A stretch of DNA of 61,654 nucleotides. It comes from Candidatus Magnetominusculus sp. LBB02 (GTDB lineage: Bacteria > Nitrospirota > Thermodesulfovibrionia > Thermodesulfovibrionales > Magnetobacteriaceae). This document shows positions 1 to 10,213 of this stretch, in pieces (the stretch's first letter is position 1; every line of letters starts with the position of its first letter). A program made the translations under genes and the position numbers. The stretch spans positions 1 through 61,654 of the forward strand of contig JAKOEO010000012.1 in the NCBI GenBank assembly GCA_022321325.1, in the 5' to 3' direction. A model generated the notes under the pieces. The model was not told where the DNA came from, ran no database searches, and saw nothing but the letters and a program-made list of their open reading frames with translations.

Positions 1-98
1 CCAACATGGGCGGCAGCCTCAAGGCGCGCAATGTTGACGGCGGCGCTGAGTTTGTGATAGCTTTGGGTATAAGAGCTGGTGACAATGAAAGCAGATGA
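1..98 (+). CDS. 3' end of a sensor histidine kinase (truncated by window edge)
   Basis: Frame from position 3 reads NMGGSLKARNVDGGAEFVIALGIRAGDNESR*, a typical HATPase C-terminal strand. Confidence 0.75.
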   Translation, partial: NMGGSLKARNVDGGAEFVIALGIRAGDNESR

Positions 99-2280
99 TA
101 AAATAAACAAACTCCTGGATGATTTGCGTAAAGCAAATGAGCAGTGTGACAAAACAAACGAGGAACTGAAAAGAGAGAAATCAGATCGTCAGCGGGCAGA
201 GGCTGAGACTGCGGCACTGTTAAAAGGTACGAGGGCGGTTTTAGAGTTTAACGACTTTGCACAATCAGCAAGAAAAATATTTGATGCGTGTAAGGATATT
301 ATAGGGGCAACTGCCGGATATGTAGCGTTACTGACCCCTGATGGCAGTGAAAACGAAGTGCTTTTTTTGGAGGCGGGGGGACTGCCATGTACTGTGGATC
401 CGAATTTGCCAATGCCGATAAGAGGATTGCGTGAGGTCTCTTATAGAACAGGCAAGGCTGTATATGATAACGATTTTCATAACAGTGCATGGATGGATTT
501 CATGCCTGATGGTCATGTTCGACTTATCAATGTCATGTTTTCACCCCTGATTTTGGACAAAAAGGCGGTTGGTTTAATAGGGTTAGCAAATAAAGCAGGA
601 GATTTTACCGATAGAGATGCCGACTTGGCAATGGCTTTTGGTGAATACGCTGCAATAGCACTGCTGAACAGCAGAGCCAGGGAGTTACTTGAAATCAATG
701 AGAAGAAACTACAATCTATAGTGAATACTGCTGCCGACGCCATAATAACGATAGATACCAATCACCGTATAATATATTGGAACAAAGCATCAGAAACTAT
801 ATTTGGTTACTCTGCATCAGAGGCACTTAACAAAGACATATCGGTAATAATCCCCGAAAGATATAAGCAGAAGCACAAAGAAGGAGTAAAAAGAGTAATC
901 GAAACAGGGCAGTCGAATTTGGTTGGCAAGACATTTGAGATGTCAGGACTAAGGAAAAATGGTGATGAGTTTCCTGTGGAAATATCTCTTGCTATGTGGA
1001 AGGTGAAAAAAGACTACTACTACACAGGTATTATAAGAGATATAACTGGACGTAAGAATGCTGAGGAGCAGATACGCAAGGCAAAAGACAATTTGGAAGT
1101 TTTAGTCCAGGTCCGTACTGACGAACTCTCAAAGGCAGTTGTGGCTCTTCAGGAAAGCGAAGAGAGGTACAGGGGTATTTTCAACTATACACAAACAGCG
1201 ATTTTGATATTCGACCCTGAAACACTGCAAGTAGCAGAGGCAAATGATCGGGCATGTTCTTTTTATGGCTATACGAAGGATGAGTTCTCTCAAAAGAAGA
1301 TATCGGATATACACACTCTCTCAAAAGAACAGCTACGTATCACCATTGAAGATGTAAAACATAATAGAAGAAGTAATATAGTAACCCGGCATCGTCTGTC
1401 TTCAGGGGAAATCAAAGATGTAGAAATATATGCAAGTCCAATTAAGATACAAGGGAAAATGCTTGTTTGTTCAATAGTTCACGATATAACTGAACGCAGG
1501 CGCTTGGAAGAAGAAATAAAGACAATCAATCTTAATTTAAAAGAAAGGGTAGAGGATGAGGTTGCAAAGAACCGCGCAAAGGATCAACTGATGTACGAGC
1601 ATTCCCGGAACATATCAATGGGCGAGTTACTGGTTAATATATCACACCATTGGAGGCAGCCACTTTGTGGGATAGCAGTTTACATTCAGGACATCAAGGA
1701 TGCCTATCGGTATAATGAATTAGATGAGCCATACCTAAATAAAAATATAGCACTCGCCATGTCAGAATTAAAGATGTTATCGGACACTATTGATGCTTTT
1801 AGCAATTTCTATGTCCAGGATAAAGAGCAGCAGGAGTTCTATATCTCATCCGAGATAAACAGGGCAGATACCCTTATCTCAGAGTATGTCAAAGATAAAG
1901 CCATAGTCATTGACAAAGATATGGACAACTCTTTAACGGTTCGGGGATATCCTCACGAGTTTGCCCATGTTATTCTAAGCGTGCTAACCAATGCCAAGGA
2001 CAAATTTGAACAAAAAAATATCACAGGTGGTATGATTAAGATAAGATCATATAATGACGATACCACTGGCAGGAAAATTATCACCATAGCTGATAACGGC
2101 GGCGCTATCCCGGATGAGATAATAAATAAGGTGTTTGATCCATATTTCACTACCAAGGACAAATCACGTGGAACCGGTATGGGGCTGTATATGGCAAAGG
2201 TAATAATTGAGAAGATTATGGGCGGCGCCATATCAATCGGAAATACTGCTGGTTGGTGCGTAGTGAGGATAGAGCTGTGA
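79..2280 (+). CDS. GAF-PAS-PAS sensor histidine kinase
   Basis: GAF, two PAS domains, H-box ISHHWRQP, G boxes DNGGAI/FDPYFTTK/GTGMGL; ATG at 85 is an alternative start. Confidence 0.93.
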   Translation: MTMKADDKINKLLDDLRKANEQCDKTNEELKREKSDRQRAEAETAALLKGTRAVLEFNDFAQSARKIFDACKDIIGATAGYVALLTPDGSENEVLFLEAGGLPCTVDPNLPMPIRGLREVSYRTGKAVYDNDFHNSAWMDFMPDGHVRLINVMFSPLILDKKAVGLIGLANKAGDFTDRDADLAMAFGEYAAIALLNSRARELLEINEKKLQSIVNTAADAIITIDTNHRIIYWNKASETIFGYSASEALNKDISVIIPERYKQKHKEGVKRVIETGQSNLVGKTFEMSGLRKNGDEFPVEISLAMWKVKKDYYYTGIIRDITGRKNAEEQIRKAKDNLEVLVQVRTDELSKAVVALQESEERYRGIFNYTQTAILIFDPETLQVAEANDRACSFYGYTKDEFSQKKISDIHTLSKEQLRITIEDVKHNRRSNIVTRHRLSSGEIKDVEIYASPIKIQGKMLVCSIVHDITERRRLEEEIKTINLNLKERVEDEVAKNRAKDQLMYEHSRNISMGELLVNISHHWRQPLCGIAVYIQDIKDAYRYNELDEPYLNKNIALAMSELKMLSDTIDAFSNFYVQDKEQQEFYISSEINRADTLISEYVKDKAIVIDKDMDNSLTVRGYPHEFAHVILSVLTNAKDKFEQKNITGGMIKIRSYNDDTTGRKIITIADNGGAIPDEIINKVFDPYFTTKDKSRGTGMGLYMAKVIIEKIMGGAISIGNTAGWCVVRIEL

Positions 2281-2373
2281 AGGATGAGCTGCAATAGTTA
2301 CAACTTAATCGGATAAGCTGGTACAATAACTCCATTATAAAGAACATGGGTTTTCTGGCGTGGTGGAGACAGA

Positions 2374-2459
2374 CCAACATGGGCGGCAGCCTTGAGGCGC
2401 GCAATGTTGACGGCGGAGCGGAGTTTATTATTACATTAGGCGCTGCCGGTATTTGCTGA
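2374..2459 (+). pseudogene. Orphan histidine kinase 3' fragment; direct repeat of 1-53
   Basis: 2374-2426 matches 1-53 at 49/53 nt; reads NMGGSLEARNVDGGAEFIITLGAAGIC*. Confidence 0.75.
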
Positions 2460-2516
2460 AATTATAGAATTTTATTGCGGACAATGCCGTTTCTATGATA
2501 ATATTGTGCCAGTGCT

Positions 2517-2960
2517 ATGGAAAGAGTAAATGGCAAAGAAGATGAGCTTCAGGGCGCTATTACCGAAAACCGCTTTCTGAAAGAGACTATTGACGCAATG
2601 CGCAAGCAGCTTGAGTTCATGCAATTTGACAAAGAGGACGCTGTCAGAAAGGCAGCCGTGGCAGCCAACGCCGAACTCTCGCAGCTTCAGGCCACTATCG
2701 TAGAGCTAAGAAAAGAACTCCAGCGCTGCGGCCTTGAAAAGGACGAGGCTGTTCAGAAGACCGCCGCCTCGATGGCTGACGAGGTAAAGCAGATTAAGGC
2801 AGTGGCCGCCGCCCTTCGCCGCGAGATGGAGACCATGCGGTTTGCCTTCGATAAACGCCTCGATGATGAGCGCGCCTCACATCGCAGCGAAATTGGGCAG
2901 TTACAGAAAACCATACAGGCGCTTAGACAGAGTTTAGAGGATAAGGCGGTACATAAGTGA
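2517..2960 (+). CDS. Coiled-coil repeat protein coupled to the cyclase
   Basis: Helical protein with about three ~36-aa repeats (EKDEAV.K...E..Q....LR); stop overlaps the next start. Confidence 0.8.
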   Translation: MERVNGKEDELQGAITENRFLKETIDAMRKQLEFMQFDKEDAVRKAAVAANAELSQLQATIVELRKELQRCGLEKDEAVQKTAASMADEVKQIKAVAAALRREMETMRFAFDKRLDDERASHRSEIGQLQKTIQALRQSLEDKAVHK

Positions 2961-5254
2961 CAAAGAAGTCAGACAACTCATCCAATGCCCAGGACTCTGT
3001 TCAGAGTAAGCTCCATGAGCTTGAAAGCAGTGTCCGGCAGGCCGAGATGCTGCTTAGCATATCGCATAAACTTGCCGCTATAGACTCGCTCGATGAGATT
3101 TTAGAGGTGTTTGTCAACATGGCCATCTCAGAGCTTACAGCAGAGCGCGGCTCTATTTTCCTCAATGACGCAAGTACGGGCGAGTTATATTCCATCGTGG
3201 CCCAGGGCGGGTTTAAGCGCCAGCTTAGATTTCTCAACACAAGCGGCATCGCGGGCGACGTCTTTAAAATGGCCAAAGGCGTCATCGTCAACGATGTCTA
3301 CAAGGACAAGCGCTTTAATCGCGAAATTGATCAGCAGACCGGCTATAAGACCAGAACGATGGTGTGCGTTCCCATAGTGACGGGCAAGGCCGAGGTGCTT
3401 GGCGTCGTGCAGATTCTCAATAAGAAACAGGGGAAGTTCTCCCCCGACGACATGAACCTGCTTCAGGCAATGACAACGCAGGCGGCAATAGTGCTTCAAA
3501 CCGCTCAGTTTGTCGAGCAGATGCAAATCTCGCGCGCCCAGGAGCTGGAGTTTCTTGACATCGTAGCAGACATCACATCGGAGATTGAGCTTAGCACGCT
3601 TTTGCAGAAGGTGATGAGCGAGGCCACGAAGATGCTCCATGCCGAGCGCTCTACGCTTTTTATTAATGACGAGAAGACCAACGAGCTGTGGTCAATGGTA
3701 GGCGAGGGCATTGACGCCACCCAGATACGCTTCCCCAATCATTTGGGCATAGCTGGGGCGGTATTTACAAGCGGCAAGTCTGTAAACATCCCATACGCAT
3801 ATGCGGATTTGCGTTTTAATCCGGCGTTTGATTATAAGACAGGATTTTTCACGCGCTCCATACTCTGTACCCCCGTAGTAAACAAGCAGGGCAAGATAAT
3901 AGGCGTAACGCAGGTGCTGAATAAGCGCGGCGGCCCGTTTACCGATGAGGATGAGTCGCGGCTGAAGGCATTCACCGCCCAGATTTCCATTGCCCTTGAA
4001 AATGCCAAACTATTTAATGACATTCAGAATATGAAAAACTATAACGAAAGCATGCTCCAAAGTATGAGTAACGGCGTCATAACGCTCGATGAGGAAGGAA
4101 AGATAATCACATGTAACGCCTCTGGGCAGCGCATATTAAAGACCAACATTCAGGAGATAATAGGCAAAGAGACGGGCAGTTTCTTCTCGGGGCAGAATGC
4201 GTGGATTCTTGATAAGATAAGGCAGGTAGAACTAAGCCGAAGCGCTGAGATAACAATGGATGCCGTGCTGATATTTAACAGGGAGAGCGTCTCGGCCAAC
4301 GTAACGGTGCTGCCTTTGGTAAGCGGCGAGGGCAAGAAACTTGGAAACATGATAATACTTGAGGACATCTCCGGCGAAAAGCGTATGAAATCCACGATGT
4401 CGCGCTACATGGACCCGGCCCTGGCAGACCAGCTCCTGGCCGGTGGAGATGACATACTTGGCGGCAAGAGCACTGTTGCTACGGTGCTGTTTTCAGACAT
4501 TCGAGGCTTCACCACATTTACCGAGGAACTTGGGGCGCACGGCACAGTGAGCCTGCTAAATGAGTATTTCACGCTGATGATGGAGTGTATTCAGGCCGAG
4601 GGCGGTATGTTGGATAAGTTCATTGGAGATGCCATAATGGCGGGCTTTGGGGTGCCTATCCCGTATGAAGATAATGAGGACAGGGCGGTGCGCTCCGCTA
4701 TAGCGATGCTCAAGTCCCTGTCACAGTGGAATGTCAAACGCGCTGCTGACAAGAAAAAACCAGTAGACATAGGCATCGGCCTAAACACAGACACCGTGGT
4801 CTCAGGTAATATCGGCTCGCCAAAGCGCATGGATTTTACGATGATAGGCGACGGCGTCAACCTGGCCTCAAGGCTTGAGTCGGCGTGTAAGCAGTATGGC
4901 GCCAGGATTCTCATCTCTGAAAACACATACCACAAACTGCGCGGCATATATCAGGTCAGAGACATTGACGATGTCATAGTAAAGGGAAAGACGAAGGCCG
5001 TGAGGATATACGAAGTCCTTGATTACTATACAGAGGAGACATTCCCCTGTCTGATGGAGGTAGCGGGCTATTTCAAAGAGGGGCGCAAGTTTTATCAGTC
5101 AGGGGACTGGGAGCGCGCGGCAAAGGCATTTAAAGAATCGCTGAAGCTGCACTCAGGCGACAAGCTCTCGCAGATGTATATAGAGCGTTGCGAACACTTA
5201 AAGGCCGCCCCGCCCGCCGAATGGGATGGCGTGTGGAAGATGACCTCGAAATAG
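2957..5254 (+). CDS. Class III adenylate cyclase, GAF-GAF-PAS-CYC with TPR-like tail (CyaB-like)
   Basis: VLFSDIRGFT, LDKFIGDAIM, DFTMIGDGVNLASRLE; two GAFs with NK..F..D motifs. Confidence 0.93.
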   Translation: MTKKSDNSSNAQDSVQSKLHELESSVRQAEMLLSISHKLAAIDSLDEILEVFVNMAISELTAERGSIFLNDASTGELYSIVAQGGFKRQLRFLNTSGIAGDVFKMAKGVIVNDVYKDKRFNREIDQQTGYKTRTMVCVPIVTGKAEVLGVVQILNKKQGKFSPDDMNLLQAMTTQAAIVLQTAQFVEQMQISRAQELEFLDIVADITSEIELSTLLQKVMSEATKMLHAERSTLFINDEKTNELWSMVGEGIDATQIRFPNHLGIAGAVFTSGKSVNIPYAYADLRFNPAFDYKTGFFTRSILCTPVVNKQGKIIGVTQVLNKRGGPFTDEDESRLKAFTAQISIALENAKLFNDIQNMKNYNESMLQSMSNGVITLDEEGKIITCNASGQRILKTNIQEIIGKETGSFFSGQNAWILDKIRQVELSRSAEITMDAVLIFNRESVSANVTVLPLVSGEGKKLGNMIILEDISGEKRMKSTMSRYMDPALADQLLAGGDDILGGKSTVATVLFSDIRGFTTFTEELGAHGTVSLLNEYFTLMMECIQAEGGMLDKFIGDAIMAGFGVPIPYEDNEDRAVRSAIAMLKSLSQWNVKRAADKKKPVDIGIGLNTDTVVSGNIGSPKRMDFTMIGDGVNLASRLESACKQYGARILISENTYHKLRGIYQVRDIDDVIVKGKTKAVRIYEVLDYYTEETFPCLMEVAGYFKEGRKFYQSGDWERAAKAFKESLKLHSGDKLSQMYIERCEHLKAAPPAEWDGVWKMTSK

Positions 5255-5385
5255 ATGTGCCTGTAAGAATTAAGGCGGTTGATATGCTTGATAACGCTAT
5301 CAGCGGGAATGCAAACTATACAAAAACCACACAATCTGGTAAATGACTAACTTGTACAACCTCTGCAAGCCCGCCTATTTACTGA

Positions 5386-5458
5386 TAGGCACGGGGGGTA
5401 TCGAACCCCCGACCTCTACCGTGTCAAGGTAGCGCTCTAACCACTGAGCTACGCGCCT
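5386..5458 (-). tRNA. tRNA-Val(GAC), CCA not encoded
   Basis: Minus strand AGGCGCG..TAGCTCAGTGGTTAGAGC..CTACC-TTGACAC-GGTAG..GGTTCGATAC..CGTGCCTA cloverleaf. Confidence 0.96.
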
Positions 5459-5520
5459 TCATGCAGCGTTATCCCACCCTTGATTTAACACTTTTACGCT
5501 CTAAATTGTCAATAGCAAAT

Positions 5521-5607
5521 GATGACGGCCTAAAAATGCCGTGTTATCTCACCCTGATATGGGCTATGATTATTAACGGAATAGGACATTTCTACTTTGG
5601 TGCAACA
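5521..5607 (+). mobile_element. Eroded right end of an IS1202/ISNCY-like element
   Basis: 87 bp matching the reverse complement of 17681-17768 with 5 substitutions and 1 indel; ends GGACATTTCTACTTTGGTGCAACA. Confidence 0.8.
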
Positions 5608-5623
5608 TTTTGCAAATTAGCGC

Positions 5624-5653
5624 TTGCCTATTTATGAAATATTGATTTATAAT
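5624..5653 (+). promoter_or_regulatory. sigma70 promoter of the rpmI operon
   Basis: TTGCCT-18bp-TATAAT upstream of an AGGAGG RBS. Confidence 0.7.
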
Positions 5654-5697
5654 TACTGCTTGACTGCGGTTTTTAAGAAATAGGAGGTTTAGAAGAT

Positions 5698-5895
5698 ATG
5701 CCAAAATTAAAGACGCACAGAGGGGCAGCGAAACGGTTTAAGAAGACCGGTACCGGCAAAATAAAGAGAAACCGGGCATATAAGAGCCACATGATGACCG
5801 GCAAACCGTCAAAAAGGACGCGTAGGCTGAGGACATCAACAACGGTTGACGCCACTCAGCAGAGAAACATATCGCGGCTTATTCCGTATCTGTAA
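5698..5895 (+). CDS. rpmI: 50S ribosomal protein L35
   Basis: [21 protein letters not shown] signature. Confidence 0.98.
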   Translation: MPKLKTHRGAAKRFKKTGTGKIKRNRAYKSHMMTGKPSKRTRRLRTSTTVDATQQRNISRLIPYL

Positions 5896-5940
5896 TAATA
5901 AAAATTATGCCGGGTGAGCCGGTTTTTGGAGGATTGAGCA

Positions 5941-6297
5941 ATGCCCAGAGCAAAAGGTGGATTTAAGACAAGAAGAAGAAGGAAGAAGATACTAAGAAAG
6001 GCGCGTGGCTACTATGGCGGCAGGAGTAAACTCTTCAGGGTGGCCTCTGAGGCGGTTGACCATGCCCTCTTACACGCATATGATGACAGGAAGAACAAAA
6101 AACGCGACTTCAGACGCCTCTGGATAATCAGAATCAATGCTGCGGCACGGGCGGTCGGCCTCACCTACAGCCGCTTTATGCAGGGCCTGAAAACCGCGGG
6201 TATTGTTCTTGACAGAAGGGCGCTTGCCGAGTTGGCCGTAAGCAATGTCGCTCAGTTCAACCAATTGGCAGAAAGCGTAAAACAACAGACTGCGTGA
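5941..6297 (+). CDS. rplT: 50S ribosomal protein L20
   Basis: [25 protein letters not shown]. Confidence 0.98.
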   Translation: MPRAKGGFKTRRRRKKILRKARGYYGGRSKLFRVASEAVDHALLHAYDDRKNKKRDFRRLWIIRINAAARAVGLTYSRFMQGLKTAGIVLDRRALAELAVSNVAQFNQLAESVKQQTA

Positions 6298-7325
6298 CGA
6301 CGCTTGAATCTTTTTTATCAGAGCTTGAGGCGGTTGCCACAACGGCCGCCTTGCGCGAGCTTCGATCGAAATATTTAGGGAAAAAGGGTGTTCTCACAGA
6401 GCAACTGAAAACGCTTCCCAGTCTTGATCCCCATCATAGGGCAGTCTTTGGAGCATCGATAAACGAAACCAAGAAATACATCGAAGAACGCCTTAAAGAA
6501 CACGAAAAGCAGCTCACATCGAAAGAAATCAAGGCAAAACTCTCAAAAGAAAAAATAGATATTACGCTTCCCGGCTATTACAAAAAACCAGGCGGCAGAC
6601 ATCCCGTTACTATCATTCTTGCCGAGATAACCGACATATTCGTCTCAATGGGCTTCAGCATAGAGGAAGGCCCTGAGGTGGAGAGCGATTATTATAATTT
6701 CGAGGCATTAAACATCCCGCAAAATCATCCCGCCCGCGATATGCAGGATACGTTTTATATTGACAGCAATGTCGGCAGCAATAGATCCGGCGATGACGCC
6801 TTCGTTCTCAGGACGCATACCTCGCCAGTGCAGATAAGGGTTATGAAGAACAGCTCCCCGCCGCTTAGGTTTATCGCCCCGGGGAAGGTCTATCGCTGCG
6901 ACTCGGACATATCCCACAGCCCGATGTTTCACCAGATTGAGGGCCTTGTGGTGGATAAAGACATATCGTTTGCCAATCTGAAGGGGCTGCTTGAAGGGTT
7001 TTTAAGGAAGGTCTTCGGCCCGGATGTGCCGGTTCGTCTGAGGCCAAGTTTTTTCCCGTTTACCGAGCCGTCGGCAGAGGTTGACATGGGCTGTTATTTC
7101 TGTAAGGGCAGCGGCTGCCGGGTCTGTAAAGGTACGGGATGGATAGAGATAATGGGGGCGGGAATGGTTGACCCCAGAGTATTCAACAATGTCGGCTATG
7201 ACACTAATCAATACAGCGGGTTTGCCTTTGGGATGGGCATAGAGCGCATCGCCTCTTTAAAATATGGCATTGACGACATCAGGCTCTACTATGAGGGCGA
7301 CCTGAGATTTCTAAGGCAATTCTAA
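6294..7325 (+). CDS. pheS: Phenylalanine-tRNA ligase alpha subunit
   Basis: [36 protein letters not shown]. Confidence 0.98.
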   Translation: MTTLESFLSELEAVATTAALRELRSKYLGKKGVLTEQLKTLPSLDPHHRAVFGASINETKKYIEERLKEHEKQLTSKEIKAKLSKEKIDITLPGYYKKPGGRHPVTIILAEITDIFVSMGFSIEEGPEVESDYYNFEALNIPQNHPARDMQDTFYIDSNVGSNRSGDDAFVLRTHTSPVQIRVMKNSSPPLRFIAPGKVYRCDSDISHSPMFHQIEGLVVDKDISFANLKGLLEGFLRKVFGPDVPVRLRPSFFPFTEPSAEVDMGCYFCKGSGCRVCKGTGWIEIMGAGMVDPRVFNNVGYDTNQYSGFAFGMGIERIASLKYGIDDIRLYYEGDLRFLRQF

Positions 7326-7326
7326 A

Positions 7327-9381
7327 ATGCTTATATCATATAATTGGCTAAAAGACTATATAGACTTCGATAACTCCGCCGGGGAGATTGCCGAAATATT
7401 GACGATGTCCGGCCTTGAGGTTGAGTCGTTTAATCGCCAGGACAACGGCGATGTCATCATGGAATTAAATGTAACCCCTAACAGGGCGGACTGTTTGAGC
7501 GTTATAGGGGTTGCCCGCGATGTGGCGGCAATACTTAAGAAGACGTTAAAACTTCCGGAAACGGGGGATTTTGGAAACGCCACAGATACAGGGTTCAAGG
7601 TTGAAATCATTGACGCGGCTCTCTGCCATCGCTACTGCGGCATTGTAATCAGTGGCGTGAAGGTTACCCCGTCGCCAGAATGGATGAGGGACAGGCTTGA
7701 GCACTCCGGTATCAGGCCGATTAACAATATCGTTGACATAACGAACTATGTGCTGTTGGAGTTTGGCCAGCCGCTTCATGCCTTCGATTTGTCAAGGCTG
7801 AAAGGTAATAAGATTATCGTCAAGGCCGCTGATAGGCCACAGATGATCGCCACGCTTGACGGCATTGAACGCACTGTCGCCGCCGGTACGCTTCTGATTT
7901 GTGACGCTGACGGGCCAGTTGCCCTTGCAGGCGTAATGGGCGGGAAAGACTCCGCCGTTACTGAAACCACTACAGACATCCTTTTAGAGAGCGCGTGGTT
8001 TTCCCCTGCCTCGATACGTGTAACTTCAAAGCTGACAGGGCTAAGGTCTGAGTCCTCATTCAGATTTGAACGGACGACAGACATTGATGGCGTAAAAAAT
8101 GCCGCATTGAGGGCTGCCTCATTGATGGCTGCTCACTCTGGAGGGCTTATTTCAGAGGTCATTGACAATTATCCAAATCGCTACGCTGCACGGCCAATTG
8201 CCATGAGCTGCGAAAATGTTCAAAAATTATTGGGCGTTAAAATTCCAGAAGGCCAGATAGTGGATATTCTTAGCCGCCTTGGTTTTACAGTAGAAAGACT
8301 GCCGCAGAACTTGCTTATCACGCCGCCGTCTTTCAGGCGTGATATAGAGCTGGAGGCAGACCTCATCGAGGAGATAGCGCGTATCTATGGCTATAACAAC
8401 ATCCCCGCGGTAATGCCGCAGTTGTCCCTTGCTATAAATAATGTCAGCGACAAGCACAAGAAACTTGCCGAGCTAAGGCATTCTCTACGATACGCCGGGT
8501 TTACCGAGACGATTAATTATAGTTTTACATCGAAGGATGACCTTACTCTGCTTAACATACCTGAAGGCGACCAGAGGAGAGCCGCCGTTACCGTAAAAAA
8601 TCCCCTGCAAAAAGATTATAATATTCTCAGGACGTTTCTACTGCCATCCCTTTTGAAAAATCTGAAGCATAACATTGCCGTTGGCGCAAAAGAGGTCAAC
8701 ATCTATGAGATAGGCACAGTGTTTTTCGACACAGGGGATGAGTTTCCGAAAGAGCGGCTCAAACTTGCCGTGTTGTCATATTCAGGCAAAGGCAAAAGGC
8801 TCTACAATGAGCCTGCCTCGCAATTTTATAGTATGAAAGGGCTGCTTGAGACCATTTCCTCTGTGAATTATGAGCTGAGACAATCGAACGAGGCGTTTTT
8901 AGATGACGGCCAATCGGCTGACATTTGTATTGGCGGCGGCAATGAGAAGGTGGGGTTTTTAGGGCAGGTATCTGCTGAGATTGCCGCAAGGCTCGATATG
9001 ATTGTTGATAGACCTGAAATCGCTGTTTTGGAGATGTTTATTGAGCATGAAGAGACTAAACCCATGTTTAAAACAAGCATTATTACTAAATACCCGCCGA
9101 TTGAGCGCGATATAGCAATTGTCGTTGACGACTCCTGCCAGTCCTGCGACATAATCAATCTTATAAAAGACAAACGGCTTGACCCTGGGCGCCTTGTGGA
9201 GTTCGTAGAAATATTCGATCTCTACAAAGGCAAAAACATCCCTGATGGCAAGAAGAGCCTTGCCTATCATATCGTGTATAGGTCAAAAGAGCGGACGCTG
9301 CTTGAGAGCGAAGTTGACGCGCTCCATGCTGAAATAGTTAATCATGTAATAGGTAAGACCGGCGGTGCGCTGAGGGCATAG
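7327..9381 (+). CDS. pheT: Phenylalanine-tRNA ligase beta subunit (short form, no B2 OB domain)
   Basis: TPNRADCLS, NNIVDITNY, DLIEEIARIYGY, C-terminal FDX-ACB domain; 684 aa. Confidence 0.96.
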   Translation: MLISYNWLKDYIDFDNSAGEIAEILTMSGLEVESFNRQDNGDVIMELNVTPNRADCLSVIGVARDVAAILKKTLKLPETGDFGNATDTGFKVEIIDAALCHRYCGIVISGVKVTPSPEWMRDRLEHSGIRPINNIVDITNYVLLEFGQPLHAFDLSRLKGNKIIVKAADRPQMIATLDGIERTVAAGTLLICDADGPVALAGVMGGKDSAVTETTTDILLESAWFSPASIRVTSKLTGLRSESSFRFERTTDIDGVKNAALRAASLMAAHSGGLISEVIDNYPNRYAARPIAMSCENVQKLLGVKIPEGQIVDILSRLGFTVERLPQNLLITPPSFRRDIELEADLIEEIARIYGYNNIPAVMPQLSLAINNVSDKHKKLAELRHSLRYAGFTETINYSFTSKDDLTLLNIPEGDQRRAAVTVKNPLQKDYNILRTFLLPSLLKNLKHNIAVGAKEVNIYEIGTVFFDTGDEFPKERLKLAVLSYSGKGKRLYNEPASQFYSMKGLLETISSVNYELRQSNEAFLDDGQSADICIGGGNEKVGFLGQVSAEIAARLDMIVDRPEIAVLEMFIEHEETKPMFKTSIITKYPPIERDIAIVVDDSCQSCDIINLIKDKRLDPGRLVEFVEIFDLYKGKNIPDGKKSLAYHIVYRSKERTLLESEVDALHAEIVNHVIGKTGGALRA

Positions 9382-9457
9382 GCGGCCACTTCCGGCTTTA
9401 AAATAATTTATTGATTTTGATTTGCACAAAATTGTATTATCAGCCGGAGGGTGCGTT

Positions 9458-10213
9458 ATGAAAACGGCAAAAATCATTGCAATAACCAATCAAAAAGGCG
9501 GAGTTGGCAAGACTACCACGGCGGTTAACCTTACCGCGGGGCTAATCAAAAATGGCTATAAGACCCTGCTTATTGACCTTGATTCTCAGGGAAACGCCTC
9601 GGCCTCTCTGGGGTTAATCATCGAAGATGCCACAAGGACAGTTAAAGACCTGCTTCTGCACCAAAAAGGCCCGCGTGATTTTATTGCTAAGGCCGATACG
9701 ATAGAGCTAATCCCGTCTAATAATTCACTGAAAGACATAGAAGACACGCTGCTTAGCGACAAGAAATTCGATACGCTTAAACATTCCATAGCGCCGCTTG
9801 CAAACGACTACGACTATATCATCATAGACTGTCCGCCAAGCATAAACGTGTTTACGAAAAATGCGCTGAGGGCGGCAAATGAGATAATTGTCCCTGTAGA
9901 TGTTGGGTATTTCTCGCTTCTGGGCATTAAGCAGCTGCTTGAGGAGATAGAGCATTTCAAAAAGGAGTTAAACCCGCGGCTGACGATACGCGGCGTCCTT
10001 GCCTGCAAATATGACAGACGCACATCGCTGTCAGCGCAGATTTATGAGGCGCTCAGGCAGAGTTTTCCAGATAAATTATTTAAAACCCATATTCGCCTGA
10101 GCATAGACATTGTGCGCGCTCAAATCGCCCAAAAGGACATTTACAGTTATAATCGCAGGGCTGCCGCCGCAGAGGACTACAATGCCCTGACTGAGGAGAT
10201 AATCAATGGCTAA
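9458..10213 (+). CDS. ParA/Soj-family ATPase (orphan)
   Basis: NQKGGVGKTT, IDLDSQGNA, IIIDCPPS; ATG 9458 follows GGAGG. Confidence 0.92.
   Translation: MKTAKIIAITNQKGGVGKTTTAVNLTAGLIKNGYKTLLIDLDSQGNASASLGLIIEDATRTVKDLLLHQKGPRDFIAKADTIELIPSNNSLKDIEDTLLSDKKFDTLKHSIAPLANDYDYIIIDCPPSINVFTKNALRAANEIIVPVDVGYFSLLGIKQLLEEIEHFKKELNPRLTIRGVLACKYDRRTSLSAQIYEALRQSFPDKLFKTHIRLSIDIVRAQIAQKDIYSYNRRAAAAEDYNALTEEIING

Noticed and set aside
2164-2174. parS-like TCACGTGGAAC
   Set aside because: The left arm does not match, and it lies inside the kinase G2-box codons.
5598-5604. TGGTGCA as an NtrC site
   Set aside because: Only a half-site, no sigma54 -24/-12 seen nearby, and explained by the IS end.
5521-5607. 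87-bp repeat as a structured ncRNA or riboswitch (two hairpins can be drawn)
   Set aside because: It lies upstream of the -35, and in the 17681-17960 copy it is the coding tail of a transposase plus its terminal repeat.
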